A stretch of 64,000 nucleotides of DNA from an uncultured Marmoricola sp. (GTDB taxonomy: Bacteria; Actinomycetota; Actinomycetes; Propionibacteriales; Nocardioidaceae): NCBI GenBank assembly GCA_943913695.1, contig CALTZE010000001.1, forward strand, positions 8,877 through 72,876, written 5' to 3'. The notes below the pieces were generated by a model that was not told where the DNA came from, did not search any database, and worked only from the letters and a program-made list of their open reading frames with translations. Positions 43,447 to 53,940 of the stretch are shown here, piece after piece. How positions within the stretch are numbered: position 1 is the stretch's first letter; each line of letters opens with the position of its first letter. The position numbers were made by a program, and so were the translations under genes.

Positions 43447-44905
43447 CGGGGGTGCGGAGGTCGTCGATCAGGCGGGCGTAGCGGGTGCGGGGGAGGGTCT
43501 TGTCGTCGCCGGAGCCGACGTCGGTCATGCGCAGGACGGTGAGGCCCTCGTAGCCCCAGCGCTCGAAGGCGTCGGTGATGTTGTCCCAGCCCTGGTCGTC
43601 GTAGAGGCCGCCGTTGAGGGCGTTCTCGCCCTTGAGCGGGGTGCCGACGCGGGCGGCGTAGTCGCCGATCCAGCCGACCAGGGTCTTGGCCAGGGAGTAC
43701 TGCTGGTCGGCTCCGGGGACCTGGTCGTCCATCTCGAGGGCGGTGAAGTGCATGGTCACCTCGCGCGTGGTCGGGATCCGGCCGGCCAGCCTGACGATGC
43801 GGGCGTAGCCGTGGCCGGTGGCCCAGTCCTGCTCGCGCACCGAGGTCTGGATCAGGCCGGTGGTGACCTCGGTGGCGCGCGGGAAGGGCGACCCGGGGGC
43901 CATCTGCCAGTGGATGCCCGGCACCTTGTAGCCGATGTCGGCATACCTCAGGCGGTCGCCGACCGCGCGGGTGACCGTGGTGAGCATGCGCTTTCCGTGC
44001 GCGACGAGCGCGCCGTTGTACCAGTCGACGAAGTCGCGCCCGTAGCGGCTGGAGCGGTAGGCGCCACTGTCGAAGAAGTCGTCGGCGTCGGTCGGCGAGG
44101 CGACGCGCTGCCAGGAGCGGTAGCGGGTGCCCCAGGCGCGGTTGACCCGCTCCAGTGACCCGTAGGTGCGCTTGGTCCAGGCGCGGAAGTCGGCCTGGGC
44201 CAGAGGGGAGTAGGACTGCAGCGCGCCGCGGCCGGGGTAGCCGGAGCCCGTGTCGTGGGAGTTGTAGGCCGGGTAGCGCAGCTCGCCCGAGGGCCCGAGC
44301 GAGACGTTGAGCTCGCTGATCTCGCGGCCGTAGTCGCGGTCGTAGCGGCGCACGAACGCCCGGGTGAAGTCGACGTACTCCTGGCGCACGACGCGGTCGC
44401 CCCAGCCGGAGACGGTCTCGGCCGACCAGTTGCCCTGCTCGCTGCGGTGCTGCAGCCCCGTGCGGCCCAGGCGTACGCCGTCGACGCGGCGCTTCTCGTA
44501 CTTCCTCCACAGCCACGACGGCAGCAGGCTGGTGTAGTCGTCACCGACGTTGCCGCCGCACTGGTGGAAGGACAGGATCGGCGCGATGTCGAGCCCGGCG
44601 AGCTTGATCTCGCGGAAGACGCGGTCGTAGTAGCCCCAGGTGAAGCGGTTGTCGCGCTTCTCCACGTCGCCCCACCACACGTCGACCGACACGGCGTCGA
44701 CGCCGTACGCCGACACGGTGCGCAGGTCGGCGCGGAAGGTCGCCCACGCCTCCGCGCCCTGGATCTTCAGGGGCGCCATCACGTTGTAGGAGGAGTCGGG
44801 GTTGCCCCGTGCCAGGTTGCCCGGGGGCCGCGGGGAGTCGGCCTGGGCGGGCGCCGCGGGGAGCAGGGAGGTGGCAAGGGCGAGTGCGAGGATCCGAGCG
44901 CGCAT
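43436..44905 (-). CDS. Secreted beta-amylase (GH14)
   Basis: Signal peptide; [47 protein letters not shown]. Confidence 0.9.
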   Translation of the reverse strand: MRARILALALATSLLPAAPAQADSPRPPGNLARGNPDSSYNVMAPLKIQGAEAWATFRADLRTVSAYGVDAVSVDVWWGDVEKRDNRFTWGYYDRVFREIKLAGLDIAPILSFHQCGGNVGDDYTSLLPSWLWRKYEKRRVDGVRLGRTGLQHRSEQGNWSAETVSGWGDRVVRQEYVDFTRAFVRRYDRDYGREISELNVSLGPSGELRYPAYNSHDTGSGYPGRGALQSYSPLAQADFRAWTKRTYGSLERVNRAWGTRYRSWQRVASPTDADDFFDSGAYRSSRYGRDFVDWYNGALVAHGKRMLTTVTRAVGDRLRYADIGYKVPGIHWQMAPGSPFPRATEVTTGLIQTSVREQDWATGHGYARIVRLAGRIPTTREVTMHFTALEMDDQVPGADQQYSLAKTLVGWIGDYAARVGTPLKGENALNGGLYDDQGWDNITDAFERWGYEGLTVLRMTDVGSGDDKTLPRTRYARLIDDLRTPAAP

Positions 44906-45015
44906 GCGAGGACGATGCCACGCTGCGACTCGCGGCGGATAGACTCGACCGCCGTGCCCGACGAGACCTCGCGGGCACCCCGACGTACTCGACCAGAAGG
45001 CGCGACGACTTCCGC

Positions 45016-45579
45016 ATGGCTACGACGAACGACCTGAAGAACGGCATGGTGCTGCGCCTGGACGGCCAGCTGTGGCAGGTGCTGTGGTTCCAGCACCACA
45101 AGCCCGGCAAGGGCGGTGCCGTGGTGCGCACAAAGATCAAGAACGTCGAGAGCGGCAAGACCGTCGACAAGACCTTCAACGCCGACGTCAAGGTCGAGGT
45201 GGCCAGCGTCGACAAGCGGACCATGCAGTACCTCTACAACGACGGCACCTCCTACGTCTTCATGGACACCAGCACCTACGACCAGCTCGAGGTGCCGCCG
45301 GAGATCGTGGGCGACGCGTCCAACTTCCTGCTGGAGAACCAGGAGGCGATCGTCGCCACCAACGACGGGCGGGTGCTCTACATCGAGCTGCCGGCCTCCG
45401 TCGAGCTCGAGGTCACCTACACCGAGCCGGGCCTCCAGGGCGACCGCTCCACCGGCGGCACCAAGCCGGCGACCGTCGAGACCGGCCACACCGTCAGCGT
45501 CCCGCTCTTCATCACCACCGGCGAGCGGATCAAGGTCGACACCCGCGACTCCTCCTACCTGGGTCGCGTCAGTGGCTGA
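45016..45579 (+). CDS. efp: Elongation factor P
   Basis: [38 protein letters not shown]. Confidence 0.97.
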   Translation: MATTNDLKNGMVLRLDGQLWQVLWFQHHKPGKGGAVVRTKIKNVESGKTVDKTFNADVKVEVASVDKRTMQYLYNDGTSYVFMDTSTYDQLEVPPEIVGDASNFLLENQEAIVATNDGRVLYIELPASVELEVTYTEPGLQGDRSTGGTKPATVETGHTVSVPLFITTGERIKVDTRDSSYLGRVSG

Positions 45580-45591
45580 ACGGCCGCTGCC

Positions 45592-46011
45592 GTGAGCGCC
45601 CGGTCCAAGGCCCGCAAGCGGGCCCTCGACCTGATCTACGCCTCGGAGATGCGCGACCGCGACGCCGTGCAGGCGTGGGAGGAGCAGCGCGACCAGGGCC
45701 CGTCCAACGCCTACACCGGTGACCTCGTGCGCGGCGTCACCGAGCACCGCGCCCGCATCGACGAGGTGATCTCGCAGTACGCCCGCGACTGGTCGCTGCA
45801 GCGGATGCCGGCCGTCGACCGCAACGTGCTGCGGCTCGCGGTCTTCGAGGTGCTCTATGTCGACGACGTGCCCGACGCGGTCGCGGTCTCGGAGGCCCTG
45901 AAGCTCGTGCGCGACCTCTCCACCGACGACTCGCCCGGCTTCGTCAACGGCATCCTCGGCTCGGTCGTGCGCGACCGGGCGAGCCTCGCGGGCCGTCCTG
46001 CGGGAGGATGA
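45592..46011 (+). CDS. nusB: Transcription antitermination factor NusB
   Basis: ARSKARKRAL, W.L.RMPAVDRNVLR, FVNGILG; follows efp. Confidence 0.95.
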   Translation: MSARSKARKRALDLIYASEMRDRDAVQAWEEQRDQGPSNAYTGDLVRGVTEHRARIDEVISQYARDWSLQRMPAVDRNVLRLAVFEVLYVDDVPDAVAVSEALKLVRDLSTDDSPGFVNGILGSVVRDRASLAGRPAGG

Positions 46012-46015
46012 CGCG

Positions 46016-47083
46016 GTGACCCCGCCGCACGACGCCACCGCCCCGACGAGCATCCCGGGTCTCCCGCAGGGCTGGAGCTCGCGGGTCCCGACCCTCGACG
46101 ACGTGCCCCGGCTCGTGGAGCTGCGCGGTGCCGACAAGGAGCCCTGGACCGGCTCGTCGTCGGCCGACCGCGAGGCGGTCGAGTCCGAGGTCGCCGGACC
46201 GATGTCGTGGACCCGGCGCCAGGTGGTGCTGGTCGACCCCGACGGGCGAGTCCGCGGCTGGGTGGTCGTGCACGACCGGGCCGCCGGCCGCACGATGCTG
46301 CACGTCTACGTCGACCGGTCGGTGCCGGACGCCGACCTACGCCGCCAGCTCGCCGCGGCGGCGTACGCCTTCGTGGAGGCGACCGCGGTCGAGATATGCG
46401 CGCTGCGCGACATCGACGAGACCCGGCTCGACGCGAGCCCCTTCGCCGAGGACGCCGAGCAGCGCGACTGGCTGACCGCGGCGGGCTACGCCAAGCAGCG
46501 CACCTGGCTGCAGATGACCCGCCCCGTCGAGCCCGACGAGAGCTTCGCCGGGCCACGCGAGGGGGTCACGATCCGGCGCGTGGAGAGCCACGACAACGGC
46601 CTGCCCGTCGCCAGCGACCTCCAGACCGTGCACGAGATGCTCGAGAAGTCCTTCCAGGACCACTTCAACTCCTACCGCGAGAGCTTCCCCGAGTTCGTCC
46701 AGCGGCTGCGCGAGGACCCCGGCCACCGCTGGGACCACTGGTGGCTGGCCTTCGTCGAGGTCGACGGCGTCCAGGAGCCTGCCGGGGCGGTGGTGAGCTC
46801 GGTGCTGCCGGAGAACGCCGCGGGTCACGAGGGCAGCTACATCGACTACATCGGCGTGCACCGGCTGGCCCGGGGCCGGGGCGTGGCCAAGTCGCTGCTC
46901 CACACGGTGATCGCCGACGCCGCCCAGCGCGGCCGCGACCGGGTCGGGCTCGAGGTCGACGACGACTCGCCGACCGGTGCCAACGGGCTCTACACCTCGA
47001 TGGGGTGGGTGACCGACTACGTCACGGAGTCGTGGTTCAAGCAGCTGCGGGTCCGGGAGCACGCGGCGGGCGAGCTGGCGTGA
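46016..47083 (+). CDS. Tandem GNAT acetyltransferase
   Basis: IGVHRLARGRGVAKSLL, LEVDDDSPTGANGLY. Confidence 0.8.
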   Translation: MTPPHDATAPTSIPGLPQGWSSRVPTLDDVPRLVELRGADKEPWTGSSSADREAVESEVAGPMSWTRRQVVLVDPDGRVRGWVVVHDRAAGRTMLHVYVDRSVPDADLRRQLAAAAYAFVEATAVEICALRDIDETRLDASPFAEDAEQRDWLTAAGYAKQRTWLQMTRPVEPDESFAGPREGVTIRRVESHDNGLPVASDLQTVHEMLEKSFQDHFNSYRESFPEFVQRLREDPGHRWDHWWLAFVEVDGVQEPAGAVVSSVLPENAAGHEGSYIDYIGVHRLARGRGVAKSLLHTVIADAAQRGRDRVGLEVDDDSPTGANGLYTSMGWVTDYVTESWFKQLRVREHAAGELA

Positions 47084-47685
47084 CCCGCCGCGACCGCTTC
47101 CGCGGCCAGATCGCGGGCGCGGGGTCGGCCTCCGGCGTCCGCGTCGTCGTGGGGCGCTGGCGGGAGAGCCCGCTCGGCGGCTTCGCCGACGTGATGCTGG
47201 CCGAGGCCGACGGTCGCCGGGTGCTGCTCGCGCCGAGCGCCGAGGTGGCCGACTACGTCGCCTCGACCTACACCTTCGACGAGGTGCGCGTGACGCCCGT
47301 GGAGGTCACGGGCGACGACCGGACGTGGCGGGTGCGGGCGGGCGAGCTCGACCTCGAGCTGCGGCTCGGTGGGCGTACGCCGCTGGGCCGGCTGCTGCGG
47401 CTGGTGCCCCGGCGTCTGGCAGAGGCTCCCGCGTGGACAGCCGTGACCGATCCTGTCGCGCGCGTGGTGCTGCGCGGCGTACGCACCCGGGGCAGTGCGG
47501 GTGGGGGGCGCCGGGAGTTCTACGGCGCCACCGACGAGGTCCGCGTCACCGGGATCGGCGGCAGCTGGGCCGGCCGCGACCTCGGCGCGCTGGCGCCGGT
47601 GAGCCCGGAGCCCGGCTTCGGCTTCGGCTCCACCCCGCAGCGTCCGTCGGTCACCTCCGTGGTCACCACGGTCGAGCTCCCGTGA
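47080..47685 (+). CDS. Hypothetical protein
   Basis: GTGA overlap; GC3-rich ORF (RFRGQIAGAGSASGVRVVVGRW...EPGFGFGSTP). Confidence 0.7.
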   Translation: MTRRDRFRGQIAGAGSASGVRVVVGRWRESPLGGFADVMLAEADGRRVLLAPSAEVADYVASTYTFDEVRVTPVEVTGDDRTWRVRAGELDLELRLGGRTPLGRLLRLVPRRLAEAPAWTAVTDPVARVVLRGVRTRGSAGGGRREFYGATDEVRVTGIGGSWAGRDLGALAPVSPEPGFGFGSTPQRPSVTSVVTTVELP

Positions 47686-47727
47686 GCCGGGCGGTGTCAC
47701 CGGCGTCCGGAGGGGCACGGTGACCCC

Positions 47728-49074
47728 ATGACGACGTGCGACGTGGTGGTGGTCGGTCTCGGGCCCGGCGGTGAGTCCGTGGCCTCGCAGCTGGCGCAGG
47801 CGGGGCTCGACGTGGTGGGTGTCGACGAGCGGCTGGTCGGCGGCGAGTGCCCTTACTACGGCTGCATCCCGAGCAAGATGATCATCCGCGCCGCCGACGC
47901 CCTCGCCGAGGCGCGTCGGGTCGCCTCGCTGGCGGGCAGTGCCGAGGTCGAGCCCGACTTCGGCGTCGTCGCCCGGCGGATCCGGGAGGAGGCGACCGAC
48001 GACTGGGACGACGCGGTCGCCGTACGCCGCCTCGAGGACGCGGGTGCGCGGTTCGTGCGCGGCCACGCCCGGCTCTCGGGACCGCGCACCGTCACCGTGG
48101 GGGAGGACGTCTTCAAGGCCCGGGTCGGCGTCGTGCTCGACCCCGGCACCCGGCCGGCCGTGCTGCCGGTCGACGGCCTCGACCAGACGCCGTACTGGAC
48201 CAACCGCGAGGTGCTGCGCGTCGAGTCCGCCCCCGCCTCCATGGCCGTGGTCGGCGGTGGGCCGATCGGGGCGGAGCTGGCGCAGGCCTTCAGCCGCTTC
48301 GGCACCCGCGTCACCGTCATCGAGCACGGCCCCCGGCTGCTCGGCCCCGAGGAGCCCGAGGCGGGCGAGCTGCTCGCCGACGTCTTCGCCCACGAGGGCA
48401 TCCAGGTGCTCACCGACGCCCAGCTCGAGCACGTCGCCCACGCCGACGGACGCTTCACCCTGACGGTCGGCGAGCACGAGCTCGACGTGGAGCAGCTGCT
48501 CGTCGCCGCTGGGCGCACGCCCAACCTCGACGATCTCGGCCTGGAGACCGTCGGGCTCGACCCGGGGGCGCGCGTGCTGGAGGTCGACGAGCGGATGCGC
48601 GCCGGCGACGGCCTGTGGGCCATCGGCGACGTCGTCGGCCACGGTGCCTTCACCCACATGTCGATGCACCAGGCTGCGATCTGCGTGCGCGACGTGCTCG
48701 ACCAGGACGGCCCGCCCGCCGACTACCGCGCCGTGCCCCACGTGACCTTCACCGACCCCGAGGTGGCCGGCGTCGGCCTCACCGAGGCCAAGGCGCGCGA
48801 GGCCGGGATCGACGTACGCATCGGCACCCAGGACCTCGCGGCCAACACGCGCGGCTGGATCAACCAGGCCCGCGGCCTGGTCAAGCTCGTCGCCGACGGC
48901 GAGCGCGGCGTGCTTGTGGGCGCCACCGTCGTCGGCCCCACGGCCGGCGACATCCTCGGCCACCTCGCCCTCGCCGTCCACGCCGAGGTGCCCCTGGCCA
49001 CCCTCCGGTCGATGGTCTACGCCTACCCGACCATGCACCGCGCCATCAGCGAGGCCCTCGCCGATCTCGACTAG
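47728..49074 (+). CDS. Pyridine nucleotide-disulfide oxidoreductase (LpdA/MerA-like)
   Basis: GGECPYYGCIPSK, GGGPIGAE, GR.PN, FTDPE, YPT. Confidence 0.88.
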   Translation: MTTCDVVVVGLGPGGESVASQLAQAGLDVVGVDERLVGGECPYYGCIPSKMIIRAADALAEARRVASLAGSAEVEPDFGVVARRIREEATDDWDDAVAVRRLEDAGARFVRGHARLSGPRTVTVGEDVFKARVGVVLDPGTRPAVLPVDGLDQTPYWTNREVLRVESAPASMAVVGGGPIGAELAQAFSRFGTRVTVIEHGPRLLGPEEPEAGELLADVFAHEGIQVLTDAQLEHVAHADGRFTLTVGEHELDVEQLLVAAGRTPNLDDLGLETVGLDPGARVLEVDERMRAGDGLWAIGDVVGHGAFTHMSMHQAAICVRDVLDQDGPPADYRAVPHVTFTDPEVAGVGLTEAKAREAGIDVRIGTQDLAANTRGWINQARGLVKLVADGERGVLVGATVVGPTAGDILGHLALAVHAEVPLATLRSMVYAYPTMHRAISEALADLD

Positions 49075-49790
49075 AGGCGGAGACGTCGCGCGCGGAGCTG
49101 CTCGTACGCCGGGCGACAGGCCTCGGCGACGGCCTCGTCGTGGGGGCTCAGGGAGACCTCGCGGGGGCGGTAGGGCGCGAAGCCGGTGGAGGCGAGCACC
49201 GCGTCGTACCAGTAGGGCGCCCACACGCCGTCGGAGTCGCGCGGACCGGCGGGCCAGGAGAGCATCCGCTCGGTGAAGTCGATGCCGAGCCAGTCGCACA
49301 GCCACCGCAGGTGTGACTTGGGGTCGCGCAGGAAGTCGGCGGCGTCGATGACGGGGGCCAGGTCGCCGTCGTCGCCGAGCTCGTCGAGCAGGCGCACCTG
49401 CTGCAGCAGCCCGATGTCGTCGGGCTCGCAGGCCTCCCGCGAGCGGACGTAGGACGCCACGACCTCGCGCGGGTCGCGCACGAGCAGCACGTTGCGGAAG
49501 TCGCGCACCCAGCCCAGCGGCATGCCGGGGAGCAGGTGGTGGGTCATGTGCTTGGCGTAGTGGACGGCCGCGTCGACCGGGGCGCTCAGCCCGGCCACCG
49601 CCTCGCGCCAGTCGGTCGGCTGCGAGGCGATCACCTCCTCGCGGCCGGGGTGGTCGAGCCCCGTGGCGTGGAGGTACGCCGCGTAGAGCGGCTCGTCGAC
49701 CACCACGGTGTCGGTGCGGTGCTCCCAGGAGCGCATCATCGCCGTGGAGATGTTGCGCGGCCCGCTCCACATCGCCACCCGCACGGTCAC
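49071..49790 (-). CDS. Sulfotransferase-fold (P-loop-like) protein associated with class IV aminotransferases
   Basis: AMWSGPRNISTAMMRSW, DEPLY, KHMTHH, LVRDP, DGVWAPYWY..V..STGF. Confidence 0.8.
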   Translation of the reverse strand: MTVRVAMWSGPRNISTAMMRSWEHRTDTVVVDEPLYAAYLHATGLDHPGREEVIASQPTDWREAVAGLSAPVDAAVHYAKHMTHHLLPGMPLGWVRDFRNVLLVRDPREVVASYVRSREACEPDDIGLLQQVRLLDELGDDGDLAPVIDAADFLRDPKSHLRWLCDWLGIDFTERMLSWPAGPRDSDGVWAPYWYDAVLASTGFAPYRPREVSLSPHDEAVAEACRPAYEQLRARRLRL

Positions 49791-49800
49791 GACTGCGCCC

Positions 49801-50739
49801 TCATCCTCGGGCCGCCACGTCGGCCGCGACATGCGCGGCGTACAGCTGCTGCACGCGGTGGGTGACCGGTCCGCGACCGCCCTCGTGGGGCAGGCCCGCG
49901 CCGACGACGCGGCCGTCGACCACGCGCACCGGCACCGCTCCGGCGAAGGTGCCGGTGACGAAGGCCTCGGCGGCGTCGTAGACGTCGGTCAGGCTGAAGG
50001 TGGTCTCGCGGGTGGGGATGCCCGCGGCCCGCGCGATGTGCAGCACGTTGGCGCGTGTGATGCCGTGCAGGCAGTAGCGCCCGTCGGAGGTCAGCAGCTC
50101 ACCGGAGCGGGTGACGATGAAGAAGTGGGTGCTGTTGCAGGTCGCGACGAAGCCGTCGGGGTCGAGCATCAGCGCCTCGTCGGCGCCGGCGGTGTAGGCC
50201 TGGATGCACGCGGTGACGTCGTTGAGCTTGGAGTGCGCGTTGAGCCGCGGGTCGAGGGTGTCGGGGTGGGCGCGGCGCACGTGGGTGGTGAAGAGCGTGA
50301 TGCCGTCGACGGCCGTGCGCGGGTCGGCGACCTTGTGCTCGGCCACCACGACGACGGTCGGCGGGCCGATGGTCACGCGGGGGTCCTGGTAGGGCGTCGC
50401 CTTGACGCCGCGGCTCACCATCAGCCGCACGTGCACGCCGTCGGTCATCGCGTTGGCCCGCAGCGTCGCGTAGAGCGCCTCGACGAGCTCGACGCGCGGC
50501 GGCAGGTCGATCAGCAGCGCCCGGGCGCCCTGCTCGAGCCGGTCGAGGTGCGCCTCGAGGAAGACGGGGTGGCCGCCCACCACGCGCAGCCCCTCCCAGA
50601 CGCCGTCGCCCAGCACGAAGCCCGAGTCGAGGACTGAGACCGTCGCCTCCGCCCTCGGCCGCAGCTCGCCGTCGACCCAGACGAGGATCTCGGCGTTGCG
50701 GGGGTCGTCGGCCGAGTGCTGGGTCCCGGTCGCGGTCAC
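49801..50739 (-). CDS. Class IV PLP aminotransferase (BCAT/DAAT-like)
   Basis: SVLDSGFVLGDGVWEGLR, HLDRL, SKLN, GITR, EAFVTGT. Confidence 0.88.
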   Translation of the reverse strand: MTATGTQHSADDPRNAEILVWVDGELRPRAEATVSVLDSGFVLGDGVWEGLRVVGGHPVFLEAHLDRLEQGARALLIDLPPRVELVEALYATLRANAMTDGVHVRLMVSRGVKATPYQDPRVTIGPPTVVVVAEHKVADPRTAVDGITLFTTHVRRAHPDTLDPRLNAHSKLNDVTACIQAYTAGADEALMLDPDGFVATCNSTHFFIVTRSGELLTSDGRYCLHGITRANVLHIARAAGIPTRETTFSLTDVYDAAEAFVTGTFAGAVPVRVVDGRVVGAGLPHEGGRGPVTHRVQQLYAAHVAADVAARG

Positions 50740-51110
50740 GAGCCGGGAAAGGTGTGGTGGACGGCCTCGACGTTGTGGCCGTCGGGGTCACGCACGAAGG
50801 CGCCGTAGTAGCCGGGGTGGTACTCCGGCCACACCCGCGGCGCGTGCAGGCTCTCCGCCCCGAGCCCCACCGCGAGCTCGTGGAAGCGGTCAACCAGCTC
50901 GCGCGAGCCCGCCTCGAAGGCGATGTGTGCGGGGAGTCCCGGCCCCTCGTCCTCGCGCTGCGAGATCCAGAAGCGCGGGTGGTCAGCGCCGTAGCCCACC
51001 GCCACCCCGTGGTCGAGCATCACCGCGTAGCCGAGCGGCTCGAGCACGGTGTCGTAGAAGCGTCGCGACGACGCGAGGTCGTCGCACTGGAAGCCGACGT
51101 GATCCATCAT
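50736..51110 (-). CDS. VOC/glyoxalase family protein
   Basis: DHVG, HIAF, YHPGYYGAFVRDPDGHNVEAV. Confidence 0.9.
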   Translation of the reverse strand: MMDHVGFQCDDLASSRRFYDTVLEPLGYAVMLDHGVAVGYGADHPRFWISQREDEGPGLPAHIAFEAGSRELVDRFHELAVGLGAESLHAPRVWPEYHPGYYGAFVRDPDGHNVEAVHHTFPGS

Positions 51111-51125
51111 GCACGCGATCCTGCC

Positions 51126-52642
51126 TCAGAGGGGATGGCTCCCGCTCGGGTCGCGGAGCACTCTCTGACCGTTCGGAGCGGTCCAGAGGTAGGTGCCGGG
51201 GTGCAGGACGCGGTAGGTCCAGCCCGGGTGGTGGGTCTTGAGACGGTGGTGGCGTCGGCAGAGGGCGGCGATGTTGGCACTGGAGGTCTCTCCGCCGGCG
51301 CCGTGCGGGACGACGTGGTCGAGGTCGCAGGCGCGGGCGGCGCGGGTGCAGTGGGGGAACACGCAGGTGCGGTCTCGGAGGATCGCCTGCTCGACGAGCT
51401 CCGCCGAGGGTACGTAGGCGGAGGTCTCGAGGTGGGCGTCGAGGTCGAGCACGGGCCGGATGGTGACGCGCGTGCTGGTGCCGGGTGCGGCACACCACTC
51501 TCTGACCTGCGCGACGGCGACGGGCCGGGTGCAGCCCTCGAGAGTGGCGAACCCCGTGCCGGTGCGCAGCGCCTCGTCGGTGAGGTGCACGTGGAGGACG
51601 ACGTCGCGGCGGCGTGAGACCACCACCGGCTGCTCCTCCGCCTCGTCGTCCCACTCCTCGAGGGCGGCTCGACGCTGCTCGGCGTCGGGGCTGAGGTCGG
51701 GGACGGCGATGGGGGCCTCGCGTCGGGCGAGCATGCCGAGGGCCTTGGCGCGACGCACCTCGAGCGTGTCGGTGGAGCCGGCGAGGAGCTGGTGGTGGGC
51801 GAGCTCGGCGACGGCGCGTTCGAGCTCGAGGGCGTCGGCGGTGTCGAGGACGCCCTCGATGGCCACGGTGCTGGTGATGCCGTCGACACCGGAGAGGCGG
51901 GGTGCGTCGAGATCGATGCGGATGCCGCGGCGTTCGAGCGACTGCTGGGAGCGGGTGAGCGCCTGGTCGAGGTCGTAGGCCCAGGTGGCGCGCTCGACGA
52001 TGCCGTCGAGGGCCTTGACCCCCATGCCGTGGAGGTAGGGGGCGACCTCCCGGTCGACGAAGGCCGCGGCTTCGGCGTTGAGGCTGGAGGTGGCCTGGGC
52101 GACGCGACGAGCCTTGTAGGCCGGGATCCCGCCGCCGCGCGGGGCCTCCCAGCAGGCGGGGAGTCGGTGTGCGAGCTCGAGGGCGTCGGTCATGAGGTGG
52201 CGGCCGGTGTCGGTGGCGACGCCGAGGCGCAGCGCGAGCTCGGGGATGCAGAACTCCGCCACCAGCGGTGCGCCCTCACCCGCCAGCGCGACTAGCCGCT
52301 CGCCGCCGTCGTCGACGTCACCGTGGGTGGCGTCGGTGTGCAGGGCGGCCCAGTCGACCGCGGCCTCGAGCTCGGCGACCTGGGCCGCGAGCAACACCTC
52401 GTGGGCGTGGCCGGCGCGGCTGAGGACCTCTGCGTGGGGGCCGCCGACGATGCCCTGGGCGTGTCGGGGGAGTGCGGCGCGGTAGGCCCGCGACCGGGCT
52501 CGCACGTCGCGGCGCAGGGGCGTGACGTGGGCGCGCATGCTCTCGACCGGGTCGGGTCGCTCGTGACGGTCGAGGGGCAGTCGCGGTCGAGCTGAGCGAG
52601 GCGAGCGGGGTCCTCGCTCCACCGCCACGGTTGCTCGCTCAT
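51126..52642 (-). CDS. DUF222 (13E12-like) HNH endonuclease; 5' end possibly frameshifted
   Basis: LAGEGAP.VAEF, ALELAHRLP, RDRTCVFPHC...DLDH...NIAALCRRHHRLKTH. The ATG at 52642 is out of frame with the body ORF 51126-52628. Confidence 0.75.
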
Positions 52643-52655
52643 GTGTTCGATTATA
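52633..52655 (-). promoter_or_regulatory. TATAAT -10 box plus partial LexA box (TCGAAC-ACAT-GAGCGA) over the start codon
   Basis: Minus strand reads TATAATCGAACACATGAGCGA; the actinobacterial SOS box is TCGAAC-N4-GTTCGA. Confidence 0.55.
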
Positions 52656-52691
52656 AGAGGCACAGCACCTTCGCAGAACCCGCGGTCTCGG

Positions 52692-53846
52692 TCAGCGGAC
52701 AGGGTGCCCGGCGCGCAGCTGTACGCCGCGGCACGCGGCGAGGGCGAGCGCCAGCACGCTGAAGCCGACCGCGGGCAGCACCACCCCGGCGTACGGCGTC
52801 AGCAGCGTGAGCAGCAGCGGCAGGCCGAACCCGACGTAGGTCGCGACGTAGAAGACGCCGGTGAGCAGGCCGCGTCGCGCGGGCGGCGCGAGGGTCTCGA
52901 CGTCGAGCAGGCCCTCGCGCAGGCACAGGCCGTAGGCCAGGCCCATCACCAGGCAGGCGGCCACGAAGAGGGGCACGCCGACGTGCTCGCCGCCGGCCGC
53001 GACGAGCGCGAAGCCGAGCGCGGAGCACAGCAGGCCGACCACGCCCGTGCGCGGACCCCAGCCGCGCGCCCGCGCGACGGCCTGGATCACGATGCCGCCG
53101 CCGAGGGAGAGCACGGCTGAGATCCCGAAGAGGAAGGGCCCGTCGATCCCGGCGGGCAGCCGCGGCGTGAGCGTCACCAGCGCGACCGTGGCGCTGCCGA
53201 AGACGACGATGGCGACGGGCAGCGACCATGCGAGCGCCGCGCGGGCCGACTGGTACGCCGCTGCGGGCGCCGGGCCGGCGCCGTCGCCCCGGGGACGCAG
53301 GCCGTGGGGAGCGCTGACCCGCCAGGCGACACCGAGCGCTCCCAGCGAGAGCAGCAGCGACAGCGCGAACGGGAGCACCAGCGGGGCCGGGGCCCACTGC
53401 GCGAGCGCGCCGGAGGTGAGCGGGCCGACGGCGAAGCCGGTGCTGAGGAAGACGCCGGCGAGCACCGTGCCCGACGTGCCTCCGAGGTCGGCGGCCCAGG
53501 CGGTGCCGGCGCCGAAGGTGAGTCCCGCGCCCAGCCCGACCACGAAGCGTCCGAGCAGCAGCCCCGCCGGGTCGTGCCACAGCAGCAGTACGACGGTGCC
53601 GGCCGCGGCGAGGAGCGCGCCGGGCAGCACCACGCGGGCGCGCCCGACGCGGTCGGAGAGCCCGCCGCCGAGGAACAGGCCGGGCAGCAGCCCCACGGCG
53701 TAGACCCCGAAGACCGCGTCGAGCAGCGCGACCGACAGCCCGCGCTCGTCGGCGAAGACGGGGATCGTGGCCGAGAAGTGGTTGGCCGCCCAGCCGGTCG
53801 CCGTGAGCAAGGCAAGCACGCCTGCGAGGGCCCGGGAGACACGCAC
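52692..53846 (-). CDS. MFS transporter
   Basis: GGLSDRVGRA motif A; multiple TM segments. Confidence 0.85.
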   Translation of the reverse strand: MRVSRALAGVLALLTATGWAANHFSATIPVFADERGLSVALLDAVFGVYAVGLLPGLFLGGGLSDRVGRARVVLPGALLAAAGTVVLLLWHDPAGLLLGRFVVGLGAGLTFGAGTAWAADLGGTSGTVLAGVFLSTGFAVGPLTSGALAQWAPAPLVLPFALSLLLSLGALGVAWRVSAPHGLRPRGDGAGPAPAAAYQSARAALAWSLPVAIVVFGSATVALVTLTPRLPAGIDGPFLFGISAVLSLGGGIVIQAVARARGWGPRTGVVGLLCSALGFALVAAGGEHVGVPLFVAACLVMGLAYGLCLREGLLDVETLAPPARRGLLTGVFYVATYVGFGLPLLLTLLTPYAGVVLPAVGFSVLALALAACRGVQLRAGHPVR

Positions 53847-53895
53847 GGGCTCGATCCTGACAGGGGCCGGGCGCTGCTAGGGTCGCGGGCGTACG

Positions 53896-53936
53896 ACGTC
53901 CTTTAACGAGCCGTCCGGTGAGGCGGAGAAGGAGGT
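53896..53936 (+). promoter_or_regulatory. PyrR-binding RNA leader overlapping the pyrR RBS
   Basis: CCTTTAA..GTCCGGTGAGGCGGAGAAGGAGG matches the PyrR loop consensus; TAGGGT -10 box at 53878. Confidence 0.8.
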
Positions 53937-53940
53937 CCGC

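Noticed and set aside
43436..44905. Beta-amylase as part of the MMP-like cluster
   Set aside because: It is secreted, acts on glucan rather than mannan by family, and is separated from the cluster by the repeat/nuclease locus.
47728..49074. Mercuric reductase MerA
   Set aside because: Lacks the C-terminal Cys-Cys pair, and no mer genes are nearby.
51126..52642. IS element around the DUF222-HNH gene
   Set aside because: No terminal inverted repeats, target duplication or DDE/Y1 transposase motif could be seen.
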